Position numbers and translations under genes: made by a program. The notes below the pieces were generated by a model. It worked only from the letters and a program-made list of their open reading frames with translations, was not told the DNA's origin and did no database searches. Shown here in pieces: positions 52,470 to 64,000 of a stretch of DNA of 64,000 bases; position 1 is the stretch's first letter; the number at the start of each line of letters is the position of its first letter. The stretch is from Camelus ferus (taxonomy: Eukaryota), in NCBI RefSeq assembly GCF_009834535.1, contig NC_045697.1, positions 67,954,001 to 68,018,000 on the forward strand. Direction: 5' to 3'.

Positions 52470-52950
52470 CAGAGTGTATCTAGCAGAATCTCCACAAGAA
52501 AGATACATGGTATACTTATATTAAGGCTACTGAAAAAAAATTTAATAAAAAATGTTTTACAGTTGTGTGGACACATTTACGGGACACCAAAAAAGAAAGG
52601 GAAGCATCTTATGGCTTTAGCAACAGCTGGTGACTTCTGCTTCTCCTAGGATTGAACATGGCAAGACAGAGAGCCACAAGAGGTACGACCCCATGGGAGC
52701 TGTGGCCTGCAGTAAAGGAATTAGCCTTTGGCAACCACAGGCTAACAGAGGGAGCCAGAGATTTAAATACAATGGCAATTTTGTCTTCTCACCCACCAAA
52801 CTCTCATTGGAATTTTCTTCTGGACAAATAAAAGTAACTATAAGGGATAAGAAAAGGGAGTGTAATCAAATCAAATACTGATGTACAGAGTAGGGTAAAG
52901 AAGCGTAGAAAATGAAACTCCAGGGCTAAGTGCTAAATATTCAACCCAGG
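52470..52950 (-). mobile_element. LTR33-like ERVL LTR
   Basis: caagaaagatacatggtatactt...tttaataaaa...tttacagttgtgtgg...tagcaacagctgg...ctcctagg...gggagctgtggcc. Confidence 0.55.
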
Positions 52951-54502
52951 GAGGACTCCAAATGGGAAAGAGACCAAATTATGCACATGTGAACAAAGTG
53001 AGAAAGTTGACCTGTCTAGAGAAGAATTCAAAGAAGACTGCAGTTGGGTATAAAACAAGATCATAGAGGGCCATGAAGGTGGGATCAGCAGCCTCAACTA
53101 AGGCAGATGATGGAATTTAAGTAATTCAAAGACTGTGAAAAGGCTAAAACACATATAGGTGGTAAAAGAGATAACATGGCAAAGCTTAAAATATTCAGTA
53201 CTCACATTTTTCATGAATTAAATATTTTCACTATAAGACAACAGAATAAAAGATATACTTAATTAACACAACAAAATATGATAATTTCATTGAAAGAATG
53301 TTTAATTAAAATAGAACGATAGTGGAAGGGTTGGAAGGATTGATTGGATATTTTGTAGAGATGAATCTATTGTGGGGAAGATAATACTCAGATTGAAATG
53401 CTGAGGATGTGCCATTTTATTTCAAGGGTTTGTGTGAGTGTGGCATTTTTCTCATTTACATAAGCAAGCTGTACGGAAAATAAGAAGTCTCAACCAGAAA
53501 TCTGCCTTCCAGTGAGAGACAATAACCACCTAATTACTACCCTTTTTCTTTCCAATACAATCAGGGTCATCAAAACCACATCTTCCTAACAGGAAAAGAG
53601 ACAGCCAATAACATCTTAGCAGGTGCTGCATAATCATGCCTCAAATGACTTTCTGCAGCTAAAAAGAAAGTAGTATTTGCTTGCAAGTATTTGCTTGCAT
53701 AAGTGAACGTATCTGCCTGACTTGTTTTCCTACAGATGTTATCCTGGGAATAGAAGCAAAATTGTTCATTCACTAGCAGCTTTCAAGAAGCACTATGATC
53801 TGGGGCAGCAAAGAACCAGCAATAAAAGGCAGAGAGGCATTCACAATTCTGGAAGAAAACACGGATGTAGAAAATACATAAAATGGCTGGTCTCAAGACT
53901 GCCTGAATTATTATTATGCAGCTATACTGAATAATGTTCTAATTCCTGTGTCTCAGAAGACTGCAAATAGATATATATATACTGACATACATATGCAGAC
54001 AATACTGTCAAATGCCACCTTTCATTAACAGTGTTTTTATTAAGCTCTGTACAATTTTTAGGCTGGTACTATTTGTGGCTGAGAGCAACAACTAAATTAT
54101 AAATTCTTGAGAGCACCGTTTCTTATTCACCTTGTATTGTCAGCTTGAGCCTTGTATATATGTAGCATCATATCTGCTTTTGACATTAAAGATCCTTTAT
54201 ATACAAGCTATATTTATAACTCAAAGCAACTTAAGAGTTTACAATATCTAACATTTTACTAAATACTTAATATTTTAAACTGCTAACATGCAGTTTCAGT
54301 GAAGTGTAGATATCAGAATACAGTGATTTTTCTCAAGCTTGAGACTATGACAAATGTGAAACTTTTCTGTTGAGTTCAAACTTAGGATCATAATCTTTAT
54401 CAATGCAATCCTCCAGGCAGGTACTCCCAATAAATCAGAGCTGGAAAGCAACATGGAATCTATTTGTTGTCCTGAGTTCAAAGACATGTATCATGTAGTG
54501 AG

Positions 54503-54504
<2 letters not shown>

Positions 54505-54536
<32 letters not shown>
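54505..54536. repeat. (CA)16 microsatellite
   Basis: Read directly from the sequence. Confidence 0.95.
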
Positions 54537-54539
<3 letters not shown>

Positions 54540-54651
54540 CTTTACCCTTACTGACTGTATACTAATTAAACTTTATACTATACTGTAACTAACTGAACTA
54601 TAACTAAATTACTCAATTATTATACTTGAACTAACAATTAATTAAGCCAGG

Positions 54652-55118
54652 TGTGAGAGTCATTTTTATATATCAGCTTGACTGGATCAGGGGATGCCTA
54701 GTTATCTGGTTAATCATTATTTCTGGATGTGCCTTTGAGGGTGTTTCAAGATGAGATATGCATCTGAAACCACAGCCCTCCCCAGTGTGAGTGCGCATCA
54801 TTCAATTTGCTGAATGTCTGAACAAACCAGCTAAGGAAAGAGGAATCTGCCCCCTTTCTTTCCTGCCTCGTTGCTTGAGATGGGACACCCCATCTCATGG
54901 TCTCCTGCCCTTGGTCTGAGATTTACATCAATGGTTGCCCTGGTTCTCAGGTATCTGAACTTGAGCTGAATTACACCACTGGCTTTCCTGGATCTCCAGC
55001 TTGCAGACAGCAGGATCATGGGAGTTTTCAGCCTCCATAACTACATAAGCCAATACCTCATAATAAATATTTTTATACCCTATTGGTTCTGTTTCTCTAA
55101 AGAACCCTTACTAATACA
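54652..55118 (+). mobile_element. MLT2B/D-like ERVL solo LTR
   Basis: TGtgagagtcattttt...tcagcttgactgg...cattatttctggatgtg...ctccagcttgcagacagcag...aataaa...tattggttctgtttctctaaagaacccttactaataCA. Confidence 0.88.
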
Positions 55119-57052
55119 CTGGCAAATGGAATCTGCATATATTCCATTGTCAGCATACTGTGCTTTTGGAAACAAATACTTAACTTTGGATTCTGATTTG
55201 GGTGCAACTATTCATTTATGATATAGGCCTATTGTGCTTTATTTCTGTGTCTAATTTCTGTTTCCTAAAACTCTCTGTCTTGGGGAGATACACTTATTCT
55301 TGCAACAAATATTTATATCGTGCCTAGTATGGGTTAGGGCTTATGCTACGTAATGAAGCTATCCAAAAGGCAAGTTCACTGTGGAGAAACAAGATTCAGA
55401 TTCCATATTGTAATGTACCAGCTTTATTTCTGTTATCATCTTCTGCAAGTAAGTATCCATGTTTATATTTTTATGGATATTAGCAAGCAATGATAACTCT
55501 GCTACATTTCTACGTATTATTATTGTATTAATTTGCAGGACATTTAATGATATGAAAAAACTGGAATGAATGGTTTGTGAATGAACATGTTGAGTTTCAA
55601 AAATACATATTCAATGTTTTAACTAATTTGTCATTGACTTACTTTCCTTCAAATTATAGTATTTAGACGGACATAATGGCAGACTACATATTGGCATTGA
55701 TTTCAGTGTAGTCCAATTGAAGCCACGGTCTCAAGACGCGACAAGATTAGGTCAGGGAGATATTCATCGTGGGACTCAGTGACTTATCCTGTTTGGAGAA
55801 ACCTCATACCCAACATTGAGAAATGGATATGGAATAAATTCTGGGCATAGAAAGAGAGGACTAGAGATAGCTTTTAGCAATGACAGGACTCCAGCTGAGC
55901 AGCCTGAGATTCAAAGCCCCAGAGTTGACGGGTGATGAGTGCACTGAAAAAGAACTGAAGGAAGTCACACTATGTAGGAGATAAACAAAACTGATTTGTG
56001 TCCGAAGTGCCCACCCAGGCTCTCTGGCAGGTAAAAAGCAACAGGATGACTTCCAGCTCCCACTCACTTGTGGGGGTTCTTCTCCTAATGCTCTTCCTGA
56101 CTTAGGTGATTGGCCCAGGTACTATGTTAGTCAAAATCAGGAGGTATGAAGTCTGAGCTCCACTGTGGAAAACAGGGAATAATGAGGCTTTTCAGATTTG
56201 TGACTAGAGAAATAAAAAGGTGAGATACTTTCTCCATATTCTAAATGCTTTCCAACATTTTTCTGCTCTTTAATTCTCTTCATTGGTTCTCAAATGCCTT
56301 CTAGAACAATATTAAAGCAATAGTCCCTCCTATGCTATGCATATTTAAACATGTATTTTGTTTCATTTTGTGATTTCATTTCAATACATTGTTCAATTTG
56401 TGTCTAGTCTATTTTTCTTCAAGTTACTTTCATTTCTCAGCATGATCAAGAATAACCTACATTATACTCCACAAAAATATTTTATTTCCCTATTTCAATA
56501 CCCTTCAAAACATACATTTTATTGACCCATATTTCAAGTCATTTTAGACTCCACTAAGATATAAAAACAGTTAATCCAATATTAATGTATATTCATAACT
56601 TTTGCTCCAAGCTGTGAGATCTGTTGACTTCAATATATGAACTTTGAAGGAAGCTGCAATCAATGTCTGTCTCATTCTGTGTTCTGCTTGGTACACTCTT
56701 TGTTCTCAACAGATCTTTATGTGTATTATGAGAATTACAATGATTAACTGTGTGGCTATTCTACATTTTATGAAACATCATCTCTGTCCTCCAGAAATAG
56801 ATCATCTAGCAAGGAAGATAAAGTTCATGTGCAAATAACTATGACAGAAGGTAAAATAAGATAAGTACCTCATAAGGTGCACACACAGCATGTTACAGAA
56901 GTTCAGAAAAGAAAGAGAGCTGGTTGAACAGGAGGAGCTTTCTTTAATACCTTACATTTTATTTGGTTCTCGTAGCTCAGAGAACATTTTTAAATGAATT
57001 TATCTGGAAACTTTTTAATTTTTGAATTTTAAGAGACAGCATTGTCATATTT

Positions 57053-57103
57053 GCTGCTATTAGCAAAAAGCTATTAGCAAAAAGCTGCTATTAGCAAAAA
57101 GCT
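57053..57103. repeat. Short tandem repeat (gct)gctattagcaaaaa x3
   Basis: Units of 17, 14 and 17 bp read directly. Confidence 0.9.
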
Positions 57104-58629
57104 CCTTACGCTATTAAAAAAAAACAAACTGCATAACCCAAGAAAGAAAAATAAGTGCCTCAGGGTTCTCCTCTAAAATAGTACAAGTAATAATTTTTCT
57201 GAAAAGTAATGACATGCCAGACACCTAAAGTTTCTTAAGCATATGAGTCACTGACATGTGTGGAGTTTTGATCCACTGTCTCCTAGATTCTAGGCCACCT
57301 AAACACATCACAATATCTTAACAAAAGTCACAATGTGTCTTAAGTTTTATTTCACACCTACAGAAAACCACTGAGAGTACTGCCTTCACCTTTCACAGCG
57401 GAGTTTCAGCAGCAATTTTTATTCTTCTTAATACATTTTTCAGTAAAAGCAGGAACCTTTATTTTCTTGATACATTTTTCAGAGTAAAAGTTTAATCATG
57501 ATTTGGAATGCAAATAAAGTACTAAACTCCAAAACTTGGAATCACTGTAAATGCATCCTTTGGGTTCAGTTCAGTTTAACTATTTATCAAAATCCAAACT
57601 GCTCAGTAACTTGTTGGTAAGTGCTCCTATGAATTTTTATGTAGATTTTCCTAATAATAGTCTTTCCACTACCTCCCTGCCCATATGATGTGGGGAGATG
57701 ATTTTCTTCTCTCTCCCTGGCCCCCCGGTTTTCTTTTCTCCTACAACTCAGACAAAGCTCTTTGTTTTCCTTTTATTTCTTCCTCCTCTTTCTTTTCCTG
57801 TGCTGTTTTTCTACAACTACAAATAATTCCTTTATATTCTGTCTTCTTATTCAATGGTTGCTTCACAACTGACAATTGATATGCATGCCTGCTCCTCTTG
57901 GCCTGAAAAGTAGCAGATAGGGGTGAGTTACCTACAGCCATCAGCAGGTTGGGTTTCTTTTTATCCCAGCTTCCTTGTTCTCCACAGTTTGCACATGCTG
58001 TCCACGTGAAATGCTCTTCCTTTCTTATACCCTCTGCCTCATGTGCCAGACTCCTCCTCTCTCCCTCCTTTGGAGATGGTCCTTTCCAACTCCTAAAATT
58101 TCCTTTCATCTTCATCTTGTCCATGAGATTTGACTGATTTTCAGTTTAAGAATTATAAACCTAGGCCTAGAAAATTCGGAACTTTCTCAAGCTGTCTGAA
58201 AAGGGAATCACAGAGCTGCCCCAGGAGCCCAGGTCCACATTCTTAGTCTAAGTACTAGTTCCACTGCCAACCACTCTCTTATATAAACAAATCAAAAACA
58301 TAAGTAAATTATACATCATCTCTATACTTATAGTTTCCACTGGGGCACATATGATTTCTTAGAAAAGAAATAAAAACTAAAAATTTCTTTTCACAAAGAC
58401 AATTACAACTAGTAGAAGTAAAAAGTTGAAGAAAATATGGGAGAAAAAAACTCAGAACTCAACAAACCTAAAGACTGAATCTGGTGGAGAATTTGAACTA
58501 CAGAAAAAATTTTGTCTTTTTAAAGGAGCTTGGCCTTCCTCCAAATGGTATCACATCTATTTAAAGTAATTTAATTAAGTGAATACTCCTCAATGCTTGA
58601 TGTTCAATGCAAACTAACATGCTATTTTA

Positions 58630-58800
58630 ATCACAATGTAAAACTCACTGTGTAAGAATCAGCTGGGGAAATTGTTAATTATAAAGATTCCTGACCTACT
58701 TCTAAAAGTGTTTATTTAATAGGTTTAGGGTGTGGAACAGGAATCTAGATTTTTGAATGCTTTCCTGTGCTACTGATGTGCAGCCTGTGAGGGAACGATT
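58630..58800. mobile_element. MER5-like hAT MITE
   Basis: agaatcagctggggaaattgttaa...agattcctgacct...aataggtttagggtgtggaacaggaatct..atttt. Confidence 0.6.
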
Positions 58801-58949
58801 AATTTACATTATGTATTATCAAGGATTCAGTAAAAACATGGTTTTTGAAAGAGGATATTTTATTGAATTTCTAGGCATCCATTTCTTGATTTCCTTTGAA
58901 CTATTTTCATCGCTTTCCTAAACTGATCTTTTTCTTATTATTTTTCAGG

Positions 58950-59600
58950 AAAATTTATGGCAGAAGGAGAGAAAATACTGAAAGTGTGTATTAATGCTAT
59001 CTATTCACTTATCCAATCCATAGTAAATATTCATCTGGAGTCAATTACAGGAGTGGGGAGGGGGAAAGAATTAAAATCTAATGAAAGTTAATCAAAGAGA
59101 AGAACTTCCTTCAGGCTGGCCGTGCATGTCTGTGGTTTGTCTGTCATTTATAATGCTGCAGCCTCTGGTTCATAGTCAAGCTGTAATTCTGCCAGTTAAT
59201 GTATCCAATTAACCCCACTAATGAGCTAATCAACAGTGTAAAATCTGTGTAAAATCACTGAGGGTGTATGATGAATGGAAAATGCACTGAACTCTCCCAA
59301 TATAAAAAGTGCTTTATTGCACTTGTTAAAGTGGCACTGTCTTATCCCTCTCCAAAGGGTAATTTATCACCAGGGTCCGTAACAGTGCCATGCCCTGATA
59401 AGGCAGACGTGGCAATAAACCCATCAGAAAATGATTACTCAGGAATGTGGAGCAATTACAGTGTCTCAGTGTATCAGAGTCATAGGCTACAGAGCAAATG
59501 TGCTTTTCTGTTGATACAGAGTTCAAATAAAGAACCAGCAGTAATCCATAACTTGTAAATGGATGGCCTTTTATATACATGCATATTCGTTTATAATCCT
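58950..59600. promoter_or_regulatory. Candidate non-coding enhancer, homeodomain/TALE motif-rich
   Basis: No repeat recognised. TGATGAATGG 59269-59278, CTGTCATTTAT 59141-59151, TTTATGG 58954, TTTATTGC 59313, GCAATAAA 59412 and many TAAT/ATTA cores. Function is inferred only. Confidence 0.35.
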
Positions 59601-60139
59601 CTGAAGCAGGTACTTCTGGTATCATGGGTCTCCATCGTAAAGGAGGATGATGGTTCTTACGGGAACTCCTTACTTATCACAAGGGTAGGGTTGCACAAAG
59701 TTGGCTGCCCAGTAGAAGCTGCCTATTTCCTATAAAGCCACTCATCTCCTACAGAAAGACTTTCATCAGCTAATTGATAGTCCTTTACTCTTGCTTGTAT
59801 AACGAGATAACATTCTCGAAAGTCTCATTCTTATGTTGGGAAATCAAGGTTTCCTTTGTGGAGCAGAATCTGGAGTCATTCTCTTGGATTCCAAAGCAAA
59901 CCCTAGTATTTGCTCTCCTAATCCTATCCTTTTATGGCCCAGTCCCTGAGCGTTAAATGTGCTTTAAAACTAGTAAATCAAGGACAGACTTCTAGAGAAG
60001 GGAAGAAGTAGCACTGACCATTCATTTCTGGATAATTATCTACCTCATTTGCTACTGTGGCTGACCTATTGCTTTATCATTATTTCCATGTTTCTAGATC
60101 TGGTCCCTTTCCTCCCAGTTATACTCTTCAAAACAGAGA

Positions 60140-62290
60140 AAATCCCCACTTTTTCATCTAAAAATACCTCTGCATTTTGTTACTTCTGTCATCTTATTTT
60201 TTACAAAGACATGACCCACCTTCTTCCCAATGTGAGTTCTTCCTCCCCTGTTGTCATTCCTGTCCTTGCTCCATTCACTATTTGTCTTCTTTTCATTCTT
60301 TCCCTTTCCACTGTTGTCTATATTCATCAACAAATATGCTCAAGCATCGGGCTGTTTATTTATTACTTCTCATTCATTCTGAGTCTTCCCTCTAGTTACC
60401 ATTTTTCTCCTTTCTTTCACTTAAAAAAAATGACTTCTCCCTTACTGTCTCCTCTCTGTCAATGCACAAACTAGCTTAACCTGATAATCTGATTCATCTC
60501 TTCCCTCTACTAGCTAAACTAAAATTGCTTTCTCAAAGCCCCTCACTATCAAATATTAAACTCAGTGGTGTTTTGACAGTGATCATCATAATTAAAATCC
60601 TGACACACTTGACAACATATGCTTTTTCCCTAAAATGCTTAACCACTCCTTACATTTTATGACACTACATTCCTGTTCTCCTTCATGTGTCTGATTATGT
60701 TTCTTTAAACTGTCTTCTGTGGCCTTTAGTCAGCTGTTCTTCACATGTATGATTTACTCTACAGCATTGTTTTATATGCACATTTTAAAATATTCCTACC
60801 ACGCCTGGACGCACAAACTGAGCAATCTCTTTCTTGCCTAATTTGACTACATCCTCTATATTCCAGACTATGAAACTACAGTTCTGAGCTCGTTCATGAA
60901 TTCCAGGTCTGAACCTCCAAAGCCTGTTGATGTTTTTGACATCTCACACTTAATATTTGCAAAGTTTAGCTGATTACATTTTACTACTCAATCAACCAGG
61001 TCTTTTAGATTACACAAATCCCACTTTAATTAACTTAGGCTAAAGAAGGATTTATTAGAAAGATATTGGCATGTGACTCGACTAATCACAGTCAGGATTC
61101 TGCATAGTTGTCCCTGCTTCTTTCAAGGTGCTGGTTTTATTATGCTCAATAAAACACCACACCGTCCACAGGGGAGGGAAATGGTTATCACCACCTCCCG
61201 ATTCTCATACTTAAAGAGTTCACTCATACTGAAGCTTTGACTGGTTCTACTTGCCTCTATTCACAGCCACATTTCTCTGCTGTCCTTCAGGATAAAAAAG
61301 ATGTAACACAATTTTATGACAAAATTCCTTAGAAGAGTTGTCAAAACTCCTTGTCTTCAATTTCTTAATTCTGTTCTCTCTAGAAGCCAGTGGACGGTTT
61401 CATCCTCACCAACCCATTAAACCAATCATTCCTAATCACCAATGACATCCCTCATGTTAGGTCTACTATCAGCTATCTATCTATCCCCTTTTCACTCAAA
61501 TCTTGACAGCATTTGATACAGATGATTAATTCCCATCCTTGCATTAATTCTCTTCTTGCCTTTTCTCCCATGCCCTTCTGATGTATTTCATACCCCATTG
61601 ATATCTTTTTTTTTTTAAATTCAGGTATATTTATCATACATTATATTATTCAGGTGTACAACATAATGATTTGATTTTTGGATATACTGTAAAATGATCA
61701 CCATAATAGTTCTAGCTAACATCCATCACCATACATGGTTACAAAATTTTTTTGTGTGATGAGAACTTTTACATAGATGTCTTCTTTTCGTTGTCTATTG
61801 CTACATCTACTTCCTCTTCCCAAACTCCAATTACTCCAGGTTTCAGTCCCCAGGCTTCATTTTCTTCCTTACGCAAACTTTCTCCCTAGGTTACCTATGC
61901 AGCTTTCCCTGCCCTCTGTACATACAAACTCATCACCAATTATATTTGTATACCACAACCCTCTGGTGTAGTCATTATTTCTGTAATTCTTTTGTATTTC
62001 TGTAATACGCCCTGTGCTTTCACATAGTGGACACTGATGAAGTTCTTTCCCATCCTCTGCCTCCATTAACACCACTATTATTCCTAGACCCAATTCAATG
62101 CTACTTCTCCTATGAAACTTTTTCTAGTAACCCACTCCACTTAGCTGGAATGAATTATTCTAGGTTCCTGACTGTGCGTGATTTGATCTCATTTTAATAC
62201 ATTTCATCCTGTATTCCCTTATAATTTGCTATTAAATTTTCGACTACCTCACCTAGACTGCAGTTCCATGAATGAATACTATAATCTGTT
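60140..62290 (+). mobile_element. Decayed L2 fragments with nested MaLR-like (~60980-61270) and L1MA9 pieces
   Basis: L2 RT-like acagcatttgatacagatgatta (AAFDTVDH-like); L2 tail ctagactgcagttccatgaa at ~62254. Confidence 0.5.
61605..61778 (-). mobile_element. L1MA9-like 3' end (antisense)
   Basis: T tail, then ttcaggtgtacaacataatgatttgat...aacatccatcaccatacatggttacaaaattttt...gatgagaactttta. Confidence 0.85.
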
Positions 62291-64000
62291 CTGGCGTACC
62301 ATCAGGGCATTCTGTAGCTAACCTGTCCATGAATGCATAATTCAGTTCCACTAGACAACCTGGACTTTTGATGCCTACCAAGAGCATCCTATCTGAATGC
62401 CTCCTCTCAGAAAGTTCTACACATACTTCCAAAGTCTGGTTTGCTTCCCAGAACTAGATTTATTCAAATTTTATTCTCAATCACTTACAAGGCAGCAGGC
62501 ACAGAATTTTAAATGTTACATTTATTTGCTCTATTTTACTAAATTTTAATTTTTTTATTGATTTATTCAACATTTAAAAATGCTTGTGTACTTAATTTTA
62601 CTCTTTAAAAATTCTCTTTAGCTTTATCCAAATGGAAAAAAAAAATTACAGAAGTCAATTTGCTTAAGTCCACAGGTCAATGAGGGAAAAGTTAAAAATA
62701 TGTGAACCCCTTTTATTTAATTCCAAAGCCCGGACTTTGACTCTTCCCCTTCTCTTGAATAGTCACCTCCTTCCTTTCTCCCTTAACCTCTTTGCTCTAA
62801 GGAGTGTCCCCCCAACACAGTAGGAGCTCTGTAAATATTTGCTGAATTGACTATAACTTTTTGTGGATGCTAGTAGTTTTGTCATGAAAATGCTGGGAGG
62901 CAGGGAAGGTTAATTGAATATGAGTCTCAAGTTGTCTGTGCTATGTCTCTTCTCAGTATTAGCTGGCAAACTGCATTTTTCTCTGTTCTCAACTGCCTCT
63001 TATAACCAGCCACATGGGGCCTGCAAAGCTTAGGGCAAAGTCAAATAACACAGTCAACCCATTCCAGGGAGGCTCTGGCAGAAATTTACAGTGCTGAGGT
63101 GCTAGGAAAGAGGTCACAGAGCTGGAGGAAAGAAGAAAACTGGCATCAAGCAGAGTAATACAAGCGCAGGGCTGGATGATAAGAATGCAACCTCTGTAAC
63201 TTCCAGGACTGGATTATTTACAGCATGTGTGAAAAACATATGTGTTTTCTAAGAGATTTATTGAAGTCTGACAAATAAGAAAAAGCACAGTGGTGGAAAG
63301 GTGTCTTTATACCTTTGTCACTTTATAGAACTTTATTACAACTTGTCTTTTTACTTAACTTTATATAATGTAATCAGCAATACTGGAATTAATGATCAAA
63401 TAGTGAAAGTGGTTCAGAGACAAAACCGGCTAATTCCTCTGTATAACCAGACAAAATAATGTTATAGAGCAGTGTTTAAATTTTTTGTCAGCCAAGATTT
63501 CATAACTGATCCACCTGTTAAATGGATACAAAATTATTTCTTACATTAAAATAAGATTATGTCAGATTTATATTGTTTTAAAGATGAGTAATCGCTTCCA
63601 TTTTAAAAGAAATCTTATGCTCCAAAACTGTTTACATGATTACTTTCTCTGTGGGTATACTGACTATGATAAAAGCAGAGAAAAATGGTTGAATATTACT
63701 TACACCTGAGATCATGAAGTAGAAGAAAACTTCTAATTACAGTCATATGTAGAATTAACACAAAGCTTCAGCATTAGGTAAACTTCAAACACTACATCCT
63801 TATGCCATTGACACTATGCTTACTCATCTGTGACTTGTTCAGTCCAAATTCCAAGGAAAAGTATGTATTTTTTCATTATCCTTACACAGTAACACATTAA
63901 TTGACCTTAGTATATATTCTGTTCTCCCAACTCAGTTCAAGTGATCCTCTCCAATTCATCCTTAGATTTGTATCCCTGATGTCACTTATTCTAAGAACCT

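Noticed and set aside
53672..53699. 14-bp tandem duplication agtatttgcttgca (similar 12-14 bp ones at 25287-25310 and 39654-39680)
   Set aside because: Ordinary slippage micro-duplications with no further structure.
54876..54897. 9-bp stem-loop tgagatggg/cccatctca
   Set aside because: Lies inside the MLT2 LTR and is too short to imply a structured RNA.
58958..59092. MAEGE.. start resembling the FGF1 N-terminus
   Set aside because: Similarity ends after five residues and the ORF closes at 44 codons.
60049..60474. Longest ORF (141 aa, hydrophobic)
   Set aside because: TTG start in pyrimidine-rich decayed L2-like sequence; the hydrophobicity follows from T-richness.
1..64000. Supplied six-frame ORFs as protein-coding genes
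   Set aside because: All are at most 141 aa, many use non-ATG starts, are low-complexity or lie in recognisable repeats. I see no known protein family and no consistent multi-exon structure.

Overview
AT-rich, CpG-depleted eutherian mammal genomic DNA, intergenic or deep-intronic. A young L1 3' end at ~28.5 kb resembles camelid-type L1, and I saw no Alu, BovB/Bov-A, PRE1 or CAN SINEs, so a camelid or related cetartiodactyl is a tentative guess. I recognise no protein-coding gene, RNA gene, CRISPR array or prokaryotic system; the supplied ORFs are short chance ORFs or decayed repeat fragments. Most recognisable content is decayed interspersed repeats: ERVL/MaLR/ERV1 LTRs, an LTR16 + ERV3-16A3 internal remnant, L1MA/MB/MC/ME pieces, L2, MIR, hAT/Tigger MITEs and microsatellites. 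Repeat family names come from recalled consensus similarity, not a database search, and most boundaries are approximate. The most notable observations are a TSD-bounded composite L1 insertion that looks like a 3' transduction (28481-28976), a (AAAG)20 tract inside a target-site duplication (46068-46168), an unexplained ~320-bp insert at a deletion junction in an old L1 (29651-29970), a HOX/PBX/MEIS motif-dense candidate enhancer (~58.9-59.6 kb) and a splice-site-bounded 225-nt candidate exon (11510-11734). I found no support for a novel biological system.
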